This document shows, in pieces, positions 32,135 to 41,485 of a stretch of 64,000 bases of DNA. Numbering within the stretch: the stretch's first letter is position 1; each line of letters starts with the position of its first letter. The notes beneath the pieces were generated by a model. The model saw only the letters and a program-made list of their open reading frames with translations. It did no database searches and was not told the DNA's origin. Origin of the DNA: Myxococcales bacterium. Its GTDB lineage: Bacteria > Myxococcota_A > UBA9042. The position numbers and the translations under genes are program-made. The stretch is from assembly GCA_002726535.1 (NCBI GenBank), contig PBTG01000079.1, positions 9,615-73,614 on the forward strand, written 5' to 3'.

Positions 32135-33658
32135 ATGGTGTGGGGGCAAAATGGAGGGTTAAGAGAATTCTTCGACAAGAACCAAAGGTTAGAAAGCGAC
32201 GCTCGCGATCGCCGCCTCAGCTACGAGAGGCTCACCGATTCGGGCAGCCTAGAAAGTACGGGATATGAGGGAAATTCTTTCGAGACCGAGACCGGCTCTT
32301 TCAACTGCCAGACGGCATCAGATTGCGGCGCTGATCACAGTTGTTCCGGCGGGCAATGCGTGCCCAACAATTCGACCAGCACTACGGCCGCAGGTGACGG
32401 CGCCTCTCCAGGCGGGTCGTCAAGCGGCGGCGGATCGCCAAGCGCGGGCTGCAGTGGTGACATCCCTGGAGACGACTGCATAGAAAAGGGGTGCGCCACT
32501 GGGCCTACATGTGGAGACGGAGGAGAGGAGCCCTTTGGCTGCTGCGGAACGCCTATCTACAGATGCCATGGCGCAGGCCAAACCGGAGAGCCGCAATGCG
32601 AGCCGTGCGAGTTCGAAGAAAAAGAGTGCAATGACTTCTGTGATTCGTGGTTTAAGTCACACGGTTCACTGGCCCCTAACTGCACAAGCGGAGCTACTGG
32701 CCGACCCCTGACGTGTGGCGATTGCAGTGAATGCTTTGCCAGCCTGTGCCGCGAGGCTGACGACGGCCCTTGCTGGTGCAAGCCAGGGAATACTGGCTGC
32801 CCTGACTGCGAAGAATGTCAAAGACCATCCGGCGACTGCAAGGCTGGTGTCGGGGTGTGCAATGACGAGTGCAACTGCTTCGTCACCTGCCCCTGCGGAA
32901 CTCAATACCAAGGCTTCCACACGCAGGAGCATTACGCCACCGGGCTTGCCTGCCCATCTGCGTGCCGCGCCGCCACTTATCAAAAATATTGCGTCGAGGG
33001 AAAAGATAAATCCTGCCCACCCCAGAAAGACTCCTGCAAGGCGGATCCCGGAAATAAGTGCGAGCTCGATTGTTACTGCACCTCTCAAAAGGTTTCATGC
33101 AACGGGACCCACACCTGCCCTGACGGCTACCGCTGCCAAGTCACGGGAACGCTGAACGCCTCACTTGGCGGTCAATGCGAGGACGGAACCGATCCCACAA
33201 ACCTTTGGGCGACAGGTGGCAAAACCATCTTCCTGAGGATCTGCAAGATGGCAGACGACCCCGACTGTCAGGAGTGTGATTGCAATTGTGAGAATGATTG
33301 CCCTGACTGCCACACCTGCGGGGCTGACGGAAGATGTGTTTATGACGAAGGCTGCGACACCCCTTGCGACAATCCCTGCAATGGCGCTTGTTGCGGGCCG
33401 GGCCAGAAATGCGTCCCCGCAGTTCTTTGGCAAGTCATCGACGCCTGCCACTTCCAGGGCGCGACTTTCGCGGCTCCTCAAGGTGTCACCCCTGCGCTAG
33501 TCCATACAACGGACGTCACAAAAGAAGATGCCGTCTGCGATCGCTGGCACACTCACTGCGCTGTCACGGTTCAAGGGGGTCAGGTCGCTCAGCACTTGGA
33601 CTGCCAGAAAGGTCTCAAGCGCATTGGGCCGGCTGGATACAACATCTGCAGCGACTGA
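32135..33658 (+). CDS. Cysteine-rich modular protein (507 aa, ~63 Cys)
   Basis: The N-terminal ~56 aa are Cys-free. The rest is packed with C-x(2-6)-C units (CQTASDCGADHSCSGGQCVP.., CPDCEECQRPSGDCKAGVGVCNDECNCFVTCPCG, CQECDCNCENDCPDCHTCGADGRCVYDEGCDTPCDNPCNGACCGPGQKCVP). GGAACC at 32086 upstream. Confidence 0.55.
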   Translation: MVWGQNGGLREFFDKNQRLESDARDRRLSYERLTDSGSLESTGYEGNSFETETGSFNCQTASDCGADHSCSGGQCVPNNSTSTTAAGDGASPGGSSSGGGSPSAGCSGDIPGDDCIEKGCATGPTCGDGGEEPFGCCGTPIYRCHGAGQTGEPQCEPCEFEEKECNDFCDSWFKSHGSLAPNCTSGATGRPLTCGDCSECFASLCREADDGPCWCKPGNTGCPDCEECQRPSGDCKAGVGVCNDECNCFVTCPCGTQYQGFHTQEHYATGLACPSACRAATYQKYCVEGKDKSCPPQKDSCKADPGNKCELDCYCTSQKVSCNGTHTCPDGYRCQVTGTLNASLGGQCEDGTDPTNLWATGGKTIFLRICKMADDPDCQECDCNCENDCPDCHTCGADGRCVYDEGCDTPCDNPCNGACCGPGQKCVPAVLWQVIDACHFQGATFAAPQGVTPALVHTTDVTKEDAVCDRWHTHCAVTVQGGQVAQHLDCQKGLKRIGPAGYNICSD

Positions 33659-33694
33659 AGATCGGAAAGATAAGGCAGCTTGTGAATAGTTTCT

Positions 33695-36600
33695 GTGGCT
33701 GTTTTTCCTGATCGTATTGTCCAGAAAAACAGCACAGATCCTGCCGGTTCGGTAAGAACTGCTGTCGATCCCGTGATCGGTTCAGACCCAATCATCGGCG
33801 GTGAACTTGTAGTTCAAAGATCTATTGGCAGCGCTCAACTACTCACTCTTGATGCTAATAATACTCCAGTAGTTGTAGGCGTTTCGGCAAATGTTGGAGC
33901 GACCACTCCATCGATCAAGCTGAATTTTGAGGAAGATGGCACCGATACGCCGTATGAATATGTTGTCGGCGGATATCCTTTCGACCCCAGCGGCAAGTTT
34001 GGCAACTGTTATAAACACATTGCCGGCAGCACTTCCCCACGAATCAATCCCCTGAGAATCCAGGCCGAGAATGTGCCTGTCCTAGGGAGCGAAACTTGGA
34101 CATTTAACTTCTGGTTTAAAAGCGATTTTACTTTTGACTTTTACAGCCACTTCGACCCCGCCCCAAACAGCCTGCTAGTTGTTTCGGCGAGAGACTATGT
34201 CCATGGACCTGGAGCTTTCACTGTCACGATTGATGGTGGCACAACTGACACGGGCGGGATCGGCACGGACACAAGTCGCACGGCGGACCTGGCTAAGGGC
34301 GCGATCGTGTTTGGCCTGGGTGGCATGTACGGCGCGACAGAAAGCACCATCCCTCAGATCCCCTCCACAGGCGAGATCGTCACTTCTGCTGCGACTGGTG
34401 TCTGTGACAACAACTGGCACTACATCACCTTCATGCACGAGGGCAGCGGGGTTTACTCCTGTTTCATTGACGGCGAACTGAAAGAAAGAAACATCCTCGA
34501 CAGCCCCGTCAATTACGGCGACTCAGGAACTTCAGGGATCTTGATGCCCTCGGGTCTCGAGTTCGGTGGAGCTCTTCAGATCAATGACAACGACGTATTT
34601 CCTGGATCAGAGTTTTTCGGATTCAACGGCAGGCTTGATGGTGTCACGTTGTATGCCGGCAACGCCATTTTTCGGGGATTGCGTCAGTTCACAGTCCCCA
34701 CCTCTGCTCCAAACGACGACCCAGTACAGCAACCCCTAGACACGCTCAGGACACTCCTCGACACGGGCATCGACGCAATCCCAGGTAATGGCGAAACGCT
34801 TGTCTATAACGCCACGGAGGGCGCCTGGGAGAACTCACCAGCTCCAGCATTCAGCCTCACTGGCAACAACCTTGGAGATATTGGAGACGTCACCATCGCG
34901 GCAGTCGCCTCGCTGACTCAAGGCGAAACGATTACGTGGGATGTCGCGACCTCTAATTGGATCAACAGCCCGATCCTGATCGAAAACACCGACGTCGATA
35001 CGACCCTTACGGGCACGGGATATGTGATCCGCCACGACGGTTTGACCGGCTGGAAATCAGAGCGCCTCGATTACGCCGATCTGAGCAATGCCCCTGCAGC
35101 TCTGAGCGACCTGACACAAGACCTGGATTTAAGTCTCTACAACGTCGTTGACCTGGCCGATGTTGTTGTTACCTCGATTCAACAGGGCGACGTCCTCGCA
35201 TGGAACGACGCTAATAGTCAGTTCGAAAACATTGCTCAGCCACCGGCAAATATCAGCGGAAGCAATCTCGACGAACTTCTCAATGTCAAAACGTTCGCCG
35301 ACGTAAGTCAAAGCGTTTTAAACACTTACACCTGGTTGGCATGGAATGCGATCGACGCCAAGTGGGAGCCGAGAACTCTTGAATACACTGAGGTGTTTGA
35401 TGCACCTGCAGACCTAAGCGATTTCAACAACGACCTAACTCTAAATAGTTTCACCAATGACGCTGGTTATCTTTCAGCGGCAAACCTGTCGACGTTCTCT
35501 CTCAACTCTTTCGGCGATGTAACTATAACCAGCCCTGTCGAATCTCATGTCCTGGTTTACAGGTCCGGTCAGTGGCGCAATGAGGTTGGCCCACCGGCAA
35601 ACATCACGAGCAACTCAATCGGTGACCTTGCGGACGTCACTAAAACTCAGGCAGCCAATACCTTGCCGGCGGTGGTGACCATGGAGGACATGGGCCACCT
35701 GGTCTTTGACAGCCCTCTGCTCGCGTCAAATATCACTTATCAGGTGATGTACGACCACGACCGATTAGGTCTTGGCCTTTCGGCTATTCGTGACTCTGAC
35801 GACACGGGATCCGAGATCTTCGTTAGCCGTGGTGGTGGTGTTGACCTTCGCTCAGACGTCAACTTCTTCCGCCTACGCGGCAAGCCTGATGTAACAACCA
35901 ACAGACCCGAACTCCGTTTCGAGACTGGTGATTCTTTCGCTACCCCTGCGACAGGTCACTACATCTCACTCAAGATGCCCTCCACGGTCCTTGAAGATCA
36001 GACCTATTACTTGCCCCAAGAAGATGGCGACGTCGGCGACGTGCTCGCTACTAACGGAACAGGTGAGCTGTCTTGGATTGCTCGCGCCTCGAACAATGAT
36101 CTGGGCCAACTGAGCGACGTCGATCTGAGCACTCAGTTACCAGTCGACGGCAGCGCGTTAATTTACAACTCAGCGGCCTCGATGTGGGTTCCTGGAGCCA
36201 GCGTCACAGACCTGAGCACGTCAGTTTTGAATGACATCTCGGACGTCTCTTATGGAGGCACACCGGGGACAGGTCAGGCATTGCTATGGAACGGCAGCGC
36301 CTGGGTGCCGAATGACATTGCGGTCTCGCTCGACGACCTGGCTGATGTCACCTTCTCAAACGGGGCGTTCACTGCCACTGGACTGCAGGCGATTGTCCTC
36401 GAGGACACGGCAGGCACTGGGTTCATTGGGTTCACCTCACCCGCGAACTACAACGCGACCGTTCTTTATACGCTCCCCGTTGACGACGGGGCAACAGGTG
36501 AGGTGCTCACCACTAACGGATCAGGGGTCCTCTCCTGGATCGAGCCCGGAGTTGATGAAGCATCCCCTGCGATTGTTTGGGACGTAACAAACGTTGGGGT

Positions 36601-37441
36601 CATTGCTTACGGGTTTACCGGCTCAGGCTTTTCGACTACGACAAGCAACCCGGCCCTTTACGTGGTGCGCGGTCAAAAGTACACGTTTAATAAGACAATC
36701 TCTGGCCATCCGTTCGAATTGGTCGAGGCCGATGGTGTTACCCAGTACACCGCCGGAGCTGTAGAGAGTCAGCCCCTGGCCCTGGGCGAATTGAACTGGA
36801 CGGTGCCGATGGATGCACCCTCAACCCTTGGCTACCGATGCACGGCTCACCCGTTGATGAAGGGGATCATCTATGTCTTAAACGCTGGCGTCGACCTGGC
36901 CTCGTCGAACATCGAAGAGCTCGCCAATGTCTCGTCAACCGCCCCAACCGCGGGCCAGGCTCTTGTGTGGAACGGCACGGAGTGGGTCCCTGGGTCCGTC
37001 CTCAGCTCTGGCAGCGCTACCGGATCAGCGATCAGCCAGTCCGTAACTGAGACACAGGTATCCGATGCGAATGGTTTCTTGACCTTCATCGACCTGGGCA
37101 CCTCTGGAACGTTGATCGATATACAGGCAGGCGCTGAAGCGTGGGTGACTATCTATTCATCAGTAGCGACAAGGGCCGCGGACGCCGCAAGAAGCCTCGA
37201 GGAAGATCCTGCACAAGGGTCGGGAGTCCTTGCGGAGTTCGTTATCCCCGCATCGACAACAGTGCTGACAACGCCGAGCACCAACTACTTCAATTCGGAG
37301 GGACTCATCTCCGAGTCGATCTATGCAGTGGTTCGCAACCCCTCGACAGCAGCCGCGCTCAATAACGTCTCAGTGACTGTCAGGGCGTTCGCGATCAGCG
37401 GTTACACCGCAGTCTCTGGAGGCACTTTCGGCAGCGGTTGA
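33695..37441 (+). CDS. Tail fibre / host-specificity protein (1248 aa) with LamG-like domain, LSDL-type short repeats, an embedded cupredoxin-like domain and a C-terminal shared module
   Basis: GTG start. N-terminal motif DRIVQKNSTDPAGSVRTAVDPVIGSDP..GGELVV. aa ~130-260 WTFNFWFK..WHYITFMHEGSGVYSCFIDGELK fits a LamG/ConA-like jelly roll. Repeated ..LSDLTQDL / ..ADLSDFNNDL units. aa ~958-1062 carries cupredoxin ligand motifs. C-terminal ~110 aa is homologous to two modules in 37472..38635. Confidence 0.7.
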   Translation: MAVFPDRIVQKNSTDPAGSVRTAVDPVIGSDPIIGGELVVQRSIGSAQLLTLDANNTPVVVGVSANVGATTPSIKLNFEEDGTDTPYEYVVGGYPFDPSGKFGNCYKHIAGSTSPRINPLRIQAENVPVLGSETWTFNFWFKSDFTFDFYSHFDPAPNSLLVVSARDYVHGPGAFTVTIDGGTTDTGGIGTDTSRTADLAKGAIVFGLGGMYGATESTIPQIPSTGEIVTSAATGVCDNNWHYITFMHEGSGVYSCFIDGELKERNILDSPVNYGDSGTSGILMPSGLEFGGALQINDNDVFPGSEFFGFNGRLDGVTLYAGNAIFRGLRQFTVPTSAPNDDPVQQPLDTLRTLLDTGIDAIPGNGETLVYNATEGAWENSPAPAFSLTGNNLGDIGDVTIAAVASLTQGETITWDVATSNWINSPILIENTDVDTTLTGTGYVIRHDGLTGWKSERLDYADLSNAPAALSDLTQDLDLSLYNVVDLADVVVTSIQQGDVLAWNDANSQFENIAQPPANISGSNLDELLNVKTFADVSQSVLNTYTWLAWNAIDAKWEPRTLEYTEVFDAPADLSDFNNDLTLNSFTNDAGYLSAANLSTFSLNSFGDVTITSPVESHVLVYRSGQWRNEVGPPANITSNSIGDLADVTKTQAANTLPAVVTMEDMGHLVFDSPLLASNITYQVMYDHDRLGLGLSAIRDSDDTGSEIFVSRGGGVDLRSDVNFFRLRGKPDVTTNRPELRFETGDSFATPATGHYISLKMPSTVLEDQTYYLPQEDGDVGDVLATNGTGELSWIARASNNDLGQLSDVDLSTQLPVDGSALIYNSAASMWVPGASVTDLSTSVLNDISDVSYGGTPGTGQALLWNGSAWVPNDIAVSLDDLADVTFSNGAFTATGLQAIVLEDTAGTGFIGFTSPANYNATVLYTLPVDDGATGEVLTTNGSGVLSWIEPGVDEASPAIVWDVTNVGVIAYGFTGSGFSTTTSNPALYVVRGQKYTFNKTISGHPFELVEADGVTQYTAGAVESQPLALGELNWTVPMDAPSTLGYRCTAHPLMKGIIYVLNAGVDLASSNIEELANVSSTAPTAGQALVWNGTEWVPGSVLSSGSATGSAISQSVTETQVSDANGFLTFIDLGTSGTLIDIQAGAEAWVTIYSSVATRAADAARSLEEDPAQGSGVLAEFVIPASTTVLTTPSTNYFNSEGLISESIYAVVRNPSTAAALNNVSVTVRAFAISGYTAVSGGTFGSG

Positions 37442-37453
37442 CCGGAACCCTAG
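37442..37453 (+). promoter_or_regulatory. Representative copy of recurrent cGGAACCcTAG motif (candidate late promoter -35-like element)
   Basis: CCGGAACCCTAG lies immediately after the stop of 33695..37441 and 20 nt before ATG 37472. Related copies at 1224, 9894, 18200, 21872, 23154, 32086, 38638, 39489, 40342 and 44939. Confidence 0.35.
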
Positions 37454-37471
37454 CCCGAGATTGACGGGCTT

Positions 37472-38635
37472 ATGGCGGACTTCATCGCACGGATCAAACC
37501 AAAAAAGAGCTCCGTATCAGGTGAAGTCCCCACGGCCTCAGACCTCGAAGTCTCCGAGATTTCAGTTAACACCGCCGACGGCAAGCTGTTCGTCAAGCAC
37601 ACCGACGGCAGCATCAAAGAGATCAGTGGATCGAGTGGCGCCAGTGACGGATCAGTCAGAACAAGTGATCCACAAATCACCACAGCAGCGCTCGCTCAGT
37701 ACGCATCAGAAGACGCCACCTTTGGTCAGACCGGCAGGGCTGGGCAGTTCCTGAAAATCGAGGCAAGCTGCGCCTCATGGGTCGTCTTCTATTCGAGCAG
37801 GGCTGCGCGCACTGCTGACGCAGCAAGAGCATCAGACGAGAACCCAGCCCAGGGCGTCGGCGTACTGATGGAGGTTTTCACCGATCAGGCTGAGACCGTT
37901 CTGATCACGCCGTCTGTTCTCTACTTCAACGACGACGTCAACGAAGGCGCCGAGGTCTACGCAAAAGTCGTCAACCAAGACGCGACAACTCAAGCGGTCA
38001 CCGTCACGGCCACCGTGGTCCCTATCGAAGGACGCTCCCTATACGAAGCAGAGGGGACAGCTCGGATCAAGGGCCTAAGTGTCGAGTCGGCATCGCTGGC
38101 CACGAACGCATCAGAGTTTTTAACGCTTAAGCAGACCGCACGATCTGGCCAGTTCACAAAGATCTCGACCTCAGCAGCGGCCCGCGTAATTTTTTACAGC
38201 ACGACAGCAGCGAGAACAGCCGACTCGTCAAGGCAGCAAGGTTCGACTCCCTTGGCTAGCTCCGGCGTGTTGATGGAGGTGGTCACCGCAGGCGCTGAGA
38301 CGTTAGAGATCACTCCAGCAATTCTCTATCAAAACTCTGAGCCAGGCGCAGCCGGCGAGCTCTACGTGAGCGTGACGAACCTGGAGACAATTGCAACCGC
38401 AATCACTGTCACCGTTGACGTCGTACCCATCGAGGGACGCGGTGCATATCTGAGTGAGCTGAATGAACTACTCGATGTCGACACTACGGGCGTAGCTAAT
38501 GGTGACGCGATCGTCTACGACGCAGCAGCATCGAAGTGGGTTCCTGATCAGCTCATCAGCCTGAGCAGCTTGAAAACTGAGGTGGCGGCTGCTTCTGATT
38601 TCGCCGACTTTCAGTCGAGGATCGCGGCGCTCTGA
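37472..38635 (+). CDS. Tail fibre protein with two tandem ~105-aa shared modules
   Basis: N-terminal anchor motif IARIKPKKSSVSGEVPTASDLEVSEISVNTADGKLFVKHTDGS. Two internal repeats (..GQF.KI..S.A..V.FYS..AARTAD..R......GVLMEV.T..AET..ITP..LY.N.....E.Y..V.N.......TVT..VVPIEGR). C-terminal GDAIVYDAAASKWVP. Confidence 0.6.
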   Translation: MADFIARIKPKKSSVSGEVPTASDLEVSEISVNTADGKLFVKHTDGSIKEISGSSGASDGSVRTSDPQITTAALAQYASEDATFGQTGRAGQFLKIEASCASWVVFYSSRAARTADAARASDENPAQGVGVLMEVFTDQAETVLITPSVLYFNDDVNEGAEVYAKVVNQDATTQAVTVTATVVPIEGRSLYEAEGTARIKGLSVESASLATNASEFLTLKQTARSGQFTKISTSAAARVIFYSTTAARTADSSRQQGSTPLASSGVLMEVVTAGAETLEITPAILYQNSEPGAAGELYVSVTNLETIATAITVTVDVVPIEGRGAYLSELNELLDVDTTGVANGDAIVYDAAASKWVPDQLISLSSLKTEVAAASDFADFQSRIAAL

Positions 38636-38669
38636 TCGGAACCATAGGCCGACAGATCAAGCCGGCTTA

Positions 38670-39038
38670 ATGATCAACTCCGTCGAGGACCTGAGAAGCG
38701 CTGGCGTGTTGCCTACTGGTCCTGTTTCTGCTTGGCCGAAACAGCGCAATGTGGCCGGGCCAGGGATGAGGGGCGCCAAGGAACACAAGGCCGATCCCAA
38801 GATCAAGGCAACGGTGGCAGGCCTGGCGAGAGGTCTGGGTAAGACCGCGCTGCAGGGAATCCTCAACGGCAAGGTCAGCCGTGAGGTCAGAGAGGAGCGG
38901 TATGACATTTGTAAGGCTTGCTCGGCATTTCGCAAGCAAGACAAGCGCTGTAGTGAGTGCGGTTGCTTTATGGAGGCCAAGACGTTTATTGCTGGCGACC
39001 CCGACATGCTCTGTCCCCTCAAAAAATGGAGCCGCTGA
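38670..39038 (+). CDS. Zinc-ribbon-like CxxC..CxxC protein
   Basis: CKACSAFRKQDKRCSECGC....LCP cysteine pairs. Preceded by GGAACCATAGG at 38638. Confidence 0.4.
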   Translation: MINSVEDLRSAGVLPTGPVSAWPKQRNVAGPGMRGAKEHKADPKIKATVAGLARGLGKTALQGILNGKVSREVREERYDICKACSAFRKQDKRCSECGCFMEAKTFIAGDPDMLCPLKKWSR

Positions 39039-39041
39039 TCG

Positions 39042-39464
39042 ATGGCTATCAACCCCGCGCCAATGGATCAATGTCTGGTCAAGGCTCGCTGCCTGACTGG
39101 ACCTAATGAGGGGCTGGCATACGACCTCAAGCAGCCCTGCCCGACCGGTCAGCAGTTCGTGCCGGAAGTGTGCGACTGCTTCCCTATAGATACGCCTTGC
39201 CCTGCCGGCATTGGCGGGACCTTGACGTCACGCCTCAGCAGTCGGCTAGGGAACGCAACGGTAACGACTTTCTACCCCACAATTCAAGGCGGAGTGGCTG
39301 GCGGCGGCTCTCGCGTCATCGATGATCAGATACAGGTATTTGATGGGACGGCCTTTGTCGCGGCAGGCGTTACCCCTTACAGCGTTGGCGACGAATACGG
39401 CGGCCAGATCTTGACCAGTGTCGTTCACTCGTTCGCTTTGGCTAGTACGTGTGATCCGACTTGA
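39042..39464 (+). CDS. Hypothetical Cys-containing protein
   Basis: ORF track. CLTGP..CPTGQQFVPEVCDCFPIDTPCPAG. Confidence 0.35.
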   Translation: MAINPAPMDQCLVKARCLTGPNEGLAYDLKQPCPTGQQFVPEVCDCFPIDTPCPAGIGGTLTSRLSSRLGNATVTTFYPTIQGGVAGGGSRVIDDQIQVFDGTAFVAAGVTPYSVGDEYGGQILTSVVHSFALASTCDPT

Positions 39465-39518
39465 TCAGGGTTCGCACTCTAACTGGCCGGAACCATAGGG
39501 GGCAACTTTCTGCCGGGG

Positions 39519-40277
39519 GTGATCCCCGTCTGCACCATGCCCGAAGAGAATCTCAATCTCGACGTCAACGCTGGCGTTGAAACCGCCGAAACAGTCGACG
39601 CATCCCCCTCCACTGAACAAGACAGCTATTCAAAGGAGGAGGTCTCGAAACTGCTAAAGGCTTTACATACCGAGCGCGACGCTCGCAAAGCACAAGAGAA
39701 AGCCCTCAAGGAATCAGCCACCAAGCTGCAATCCCTGGAAGGCATCGATAAGGCCACTTACGACAGGCTTCAGGAAGAATCTGCACGCCGTGCGGAGGCT
39801 GAGGCCACTTTCGAAGCTCGTGAGCTCGATCGCCAAAAGGCCTTCGAGTCGATGCGTCAAGAGGCGGCCGTCCGTGAGCGCAAGCTCGAAGGGCAGATCA
39901 GCCACATGAATCGCCACCGGGCGTTCGAGGGACTCTTCTCCGCTGCAGGCGGTAAGGGCGGAAGATTCCTAGATACAGCGTTCGACGCTGTCGGCAAAAG
40001 CCTACGCCTAGAAGACAACGGCTCATTTACGGTCATCGACCCCAACGGCGACCCCTTGCTCGACGATGAGTCAGGCAAGCGCATCGACCCAAAAGAGTGG
40101 GTTAGCCAGTGGAAAAGCGATGACTTTCTCGGCTTCTGCTTTGAGCCCGAACAGGGCTACGGCACCGGGGCAACCAATCACCCCTCACAGCGTCGCGACA
40201 CAGGGACTATGGGTGATTTCAAAGGTCTAAGCACTAGCGAAATCTTCGCCCGTTCGTTCGGCAACAAGAAGGGCTAA
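39519..40277 (+). CDS. Putative capsid scaffolding protein
   Basis: Acidic N-terminus followed by a long charged coiled-coil-like stretch (KAQEKALKESATKLQSLEG..EESARRAEAEATFEARELDRQKAFESMRQEAAVRERKLEGQ). Lies immediately upstream of the candidate capsid gene. GGAACCATAGG at 39489. Confidence 0.4.
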   Translation: MIPVCTMPEENLNLDVNAGVETAETVDASPSTEQDSYSKEEVSKLLKALHTERDARKAQEKALKESATKLQSLEGIDKATYDRLQEESARRAEAEATFEARELDRQKAFESMRQEAAVRERKLEGQISHMNRHRAFEGLFSAAGGKGGRFLDTAFDAVGKSLRLEDNGSFTVIDPNGDPLLDDESGKRIDPKEWVSQWKSDDFLGFCFEPEQGYGTGATNHPSQRRDTGTMGDFKGLSTSEIFARSFGNKKG

Positions 40278-40493
40278 GCCCAAAAAACGAGTGAGTTCGG
40301 GAGTTGACGTGGGCCACTTGCGCCAACTTCGGCACTCTCTCGGAACCCTAATCACGAGATGGAAGATGCCCTGGTTCTGATTCGGTGCGACGCCGATTCG
40401 GTGGCCTGGGCAGAACGGACCCCTTGAGGTGTGACGCCTCTGTTCCGAACTTCCCAGATCACCAACTCAATGTCACTCTGACAACTCAGAACA

Positions 40494-41417
40494 ATGTCTT
40501 TAACCCTGCTACAGCAAGGCCAGTTCGCCACAACAGGCGAGCAGCTTGCAATCATCTCCGAGCTCGCCGCTGGCGACCTCCTTTCAGTTCTTCCCTTCCG
40601 TTCAATCGAAGGGAACAGCATCCGCTTCCGGCGCGAAGAGGCTCTGCCTGACGTCGGCTTTCGCCACGTCAACGGAACTCTCACCGAGAGCTACGGCGAG
40701 ATCTCGATGCAAAGCGAGGCTCTCCACCTGTATGGCGGCGACCTGCGCGTTGACAAGGCCATCCTGACCCTCGAAGGTCCTGAGGCCCGTGCATGGAACA
40801 TCCAGGCCCGCGTGAGAGCAATGCGCCACAACTTCGAGAAAGTCTTTATCAAAGGATCCGAAGCTGCCTCTAACGGCCTCGAGTTCGATGGACTGCAGGC
40901 CCGTATCGCTGCAACCTCCAGCCAGTACATCGCCAATCAGTCCGGCAACTCCGGCGCCCTCAGCTTCGCAGCTTTGGACGAGGCCCTCGACGCAGTCGAC
41001 GCCACTGGCGGCCAAAAATACTTGGTCATGTCGAAGCAGATGCGTCGTGCCCTGACCGCCGGCTCCCGCGATTCTGGCGTCAACGGTGGCATACATATCA
41101 GTACCGACGAGCTTGGGAGACAGCGCACTATGTACGCTGATACCCCGGTGTTGATCGTGGACCGCGACGAGAAGAACGTTGACATCCTGGGCGCTACTGA
41201 AGCAAACAGCACTTCTTCCGTCTACATCGCGTCATTCGGCGACACCGCTCTGACCGGCATCCAGAACGGCGGCATCGAGGTCCGCGACCTCGGAGAAGCC
41301 ACCGACCGCCCTCAGATGGTCACAAGAATGGAGTGGTATTGCGGACTAGCTCTGCTTCGTGGAAATGCTGTCGCACGCCTCGCCAAGGTTGACCCAACTC
41401 TGGCCGCTGTCGCCTGA
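40494..41417 (+). CDS. Putative major capsid protein
   Basis: 307 aa. Sits after a scaffold-like gene and before a ~107-aa gene. Sequence (GLQARIAATSSQYI..ALSFAALDEALDAVDATGG..KYLVMSKQMRRAL) is reminiscent of lambda-E-like capsid proteins. Assignment is by position and composition only. Confidence 0.4.
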   Translation: MSLTLLQQGQFATTGEQLAIISELAAGDLLSVLPFRSIEGNSIRFRREEALPDVGFRHVNGTLTESYGEISMQSEALHLYGGDLRVDKAILTLEGPEARAWNIQARVRAMRHNFEKVFIKGSEAASNGLEFDGLQARIAATSSQYIANQSGNSGALSFAALDEALDAVDATGGQKYLVMSKQMRRALTAGSRDSGVNGGIHISTDELGRQRTMYADTPVLIVDRDEKNVDILGATEANSTSSVYIASFGDTALTGIQNGGIEVRDLGEATDRPQMVTRMEWYCGLALLRGNAVARLAKVDPTLAAVA

Positions 41418-41485
41418 TCACCTTCCTGATCCGTCCGGGGTAGACGTCACTACCCCATCCCTACATTCTTTCGCTAACCAAAAAA

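Noticed and set aside
33695-38635. A diversity-generating retroelement targeting the fibre C-termini.
   Set aside because: No reverse transcriptase gene and no template repeat is visible anywhere in the window.
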